DNA of 63,715 bases, the filler included, from Collodictyon triciliatum (taxonomy: Eukaryota), in assembly GCA_043381765.1 (NCBI GenBank). It is 9 parts of 9 records of this genome, joined end to end, with 100 filler letters (N's around TTAATTAATTAA, not from the genome) between each part and the next. Parts side by side here need not be neighbours in the genome. Positions count along the whole stretch, not along the records: positions 56,621 to 61,671 come from JBHJMP010003424.1; positions 61,772 to 63,715 come from JBHJMP010003593.1; 7 more parts are not named here. The stretch is one strand, 5' to 3'. The notes under the pieces are model-generated. The model searched no databases and had not been told where the DNA came from. It worked only from the letters and a program-made list of their open reading frames with translations. The translations under genes were made by a program, and so were the position numbers. Position 1 is the stretch's first letter; each line of letters opens with the position of its first letter. Positions 61,041 to 63,715 of the stretch are shown piece by piece.

Positions 61041-61785
61041 ATGAATGAATGAATGAATGAATGAATGAAAGAAAAGAACTTTACTGTCCTACACAAGTCC
61101 CACTGGCTCTCTTGAAAGTATCCACCCACCCTAATAGCACGCTTCAAAAGGTTGTCTTTTCTCTTTGAAGATCAAAGTCAAATCTGTGGGGCAATGACTG
61201 GCGCGGACGTTTCGGTATTTGCCTTCTCCTTTCATCACTCCTGTCGTCGATTGGCAGATTGTGGAACACCCAACTTTCCAAATGAAACTCTTATTGCGGA
61301 ATATATTACAAAATTATAATTATGTCATACAATTCATATTATATACATGTTTTTAAATTAAAAAGTGTTTATAGTCACAAATTTAAAGCATCACTTAATG
61401 AAGAGAATCGCCGTAAGTGCTTCCCATACTACGCAATACTAAATGTAGAAAAGGAAAGGTTTCTGTGCCTAGAATTCCAGAATTGGATTATCGCAACGGC
61501 GAAAGAGATGAATCTGCATCCTCAACCCCGCTTAGGCTCGAGCTGCCAGTGTGCTGTGTTAGACAGGCCGAACAAAGAGCGAGAGAACTCCAGGCCCAGG
61601 GAAGTCACCCAAGTATGCAGATGACATAGAAGGGATCTTGACGGGGTCAGACAGCAAGAAACCCATTTGATNNNNNNNNNNNNNNNNNNNNNNNNNNNNN
61701 NNNNNNNNNNNNNNNTTAATTAATTAANNNNNNNNNNNNNNNNNNNNNNNNNNNNNNNNNNNNNNNNNNNNAAAAAAAAAAAAAA

Positions 61786-61839
<54 letters not shown>

Positions 61840-62337
61840 AAAAAAAAACAAATAAAACAAACAAAAACAAACAAAAACAAACAAAAACAAATAAAACAAA
61901 CAAAAACAAATAAAACAAACAAAAACAAACAAAAACAAACAAACAAAAACAAACAAACAAAAACTAACAAACAAAGAATTACAAACAAACAAACAAACAA
62001 ACAAACAAACAAACAAACAAAAACAAACAAATAAACAAACAAAGTAAATAAATAAATAGACAAACAAAAAACAAAAAACAAAGTAAATCAACAACCTTTA
62101 CTCCTTCTCTAAACGGTACTCTGATATGTAAAATACCTGCTTTATGTAAAATCATCATCTGTGTGAGGATCGAGTGAGAATAATCTTTGATTATGTTAAT
62201 GGATGGCATACCAACATGTTCCACGAAAAGAAATGGGAGTCCCCGGAAGAATAGAAACAATAGAACTATATAAAAACAAATCAACGATGGAATCCCATCA
62301 ATGGCTACTCTGAAACCTGTATCTTGACTTCAAGCAG

Positions 62338-63589
62338 GAGGAAATGCTACGAAAATACAGATATCAGTGCACATCGAATTGACCAATCTTCTGACCTACT
62401 TTCATGACATAGGTGAGGGAGCTTTTGCGAAAGTCATGCATGTGTTAGATAATGATCGAAGACCCTCGGCCTTGAAAATTGTCACAGTCCCAACAGAGAG
62501 ACTTTCAGAAGCTGAAAGAGAAGCCATAATTCTGCGTAAAATCTCCGGCGTTCCTCATGTAGCTCAGCTGATTAATGAGTGTGCTGAACCAAGTTTGTGT
62601 CCGATAGATTATTTTTGAATATTTAAATATATAGGATAATCGTTTTCCATCTAAACACGTAGAGTGTGAGAATGCAATATGTCTGTTTTGAGATTCTCAT
62701 ATTCAAAAAATCAAAAAAATCTTTTTATTTTCATATATTCATTTCGTCTCTACCTTTCAAAATATATGTTTTTACCGCCTTTTTTAATGAAATTAAATGA
62801 ATGCGTTACAATATTGAGTCCCCCGTGATTAAACCCATTTTCAATACAAATTAATGGAACAGTTTTCACAAAATATCAAAACGTAAAGCATCGTTATTCA
62901 TATCAAATAAAATTTAGCGGAAAACGAAAATACATGCGTTTATATTATGATGAAGCTCTATCGAGGTGGTACTTTGGTAGATTATACGCATAGGTTTAGA
63001 TTTAAAAAATATCATACACGGAATAATAATCGATGCTTTATTCTTCATTTAAATACAAGAATAACCGACTGGGCCTATTTTAATGTATTCATTTTCTTTT
63101 GATAATCATATGAATTATCACCACTAGATATTCATTACAAACATCTGCGAATCTCCCGTTCCCTCCGTTGACGGAGGATATTCTAATTCCGATCATCCGT
63201 CAAATATGCCACGGTATTCACAATTTGCACAACATGCAACCCGCCATAGTTCACAGAGACATCAAGGTGAATGTCATATTTATCCATGGCTCCAATTTAC
63301 CTTCCTATCAAGTACAGAAATGACATGATGGCTTTATGAACTTTATCGTGACTGACATTGCTCTAAATTTATCGTTTCTCATTATATTTCTTTTTTATAT
63401 TTTGTATTTTTTTCCTTTGCTTTCTTTTTCTCTTTTTCCTTTTTCTTCACAATGAGAAAGCCAGAAAATATTGTTCTTGATGTCGACCTTGCAGAGTCTG
63501 CATGGACTTTGCTGGATTTTGGAAGCGCCATATTTGAGAATTCAAGCCCGCTAAACACAAAGAAAGAGGTTGCTGATGCGACAGAAGAG
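62338..63589 (+). CDS. Ser/Thr protein kinase, possibly NAK-like (partial)
   Basis: IGEGAFAKV, SALK, EREA, HNMQPAIVHRDIK|PENIVL, LLDFGSA. Confidence 0.8.
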
Positions 63590-63715
63590 GTTTTTCTTTT
63601 TCTCTTCTCTTTCTCTTCTCTTTCTCTTCTCTTTCTCTTCTCTTTCTCTTCTCTTTCTCTTCTCTTTCTCTTCTCTTTCTCTTCTCTTTCTCTTCTCTTT
63701 CTCTTCTCTCCTTTC

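Noticed and set aside
61400-61671. GC-richer tract resembling an ncRNA or exon
   Set aside because: No SRP, snRNA or RNase P motifs recognised and no convincing ORF; truncated by the spacer.

Overview
Intron-rich, AT-rich eukaryotic DNA. An amoebozoan-like protist is my inference from gene content and (AAT)n-rich introns; this is not proven. The window is not one locus. It is nine contigs joined by artificial 100-nt spacers (44 N + TTAATTAATTAA + 44 N); most are about 8.46 kb and most end in microsatellites. Reading spliced genes by hand (standard code, GT-AG) gives: the AP-3 delta C-terminal half, a 79-aa single-lobe EF-hand protein, a small membrane protein, a near-complete four-domain Nav/Cav-type channel, an orphan protein with 96-bp repeats, a ferlin, a CLC, Puf6/PUM3, AGM1/PGM3, an AGC kinase tail, an LRR + Cys-rich + multi-TM receptor, a WGR-PARP, Rab6, an MPN/JAMM protease, Fab1/PIKfyve, a NAK-like kinase and two hypothetical genes. 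The most unusual signals are the channel's D-F-E-D selectivity ring with a charge-depleted domain II, the WGR + PARP4-type ADP-ribosyltransferase lacking VIT/vWA, and the AP-3 delta tail built from about 10 symmetric exons. I found no CRISPR, mobile element, RNA gene or multi-gene novel system. Exon boundaries and family calls come from manual reading and motif recall, without database searches.
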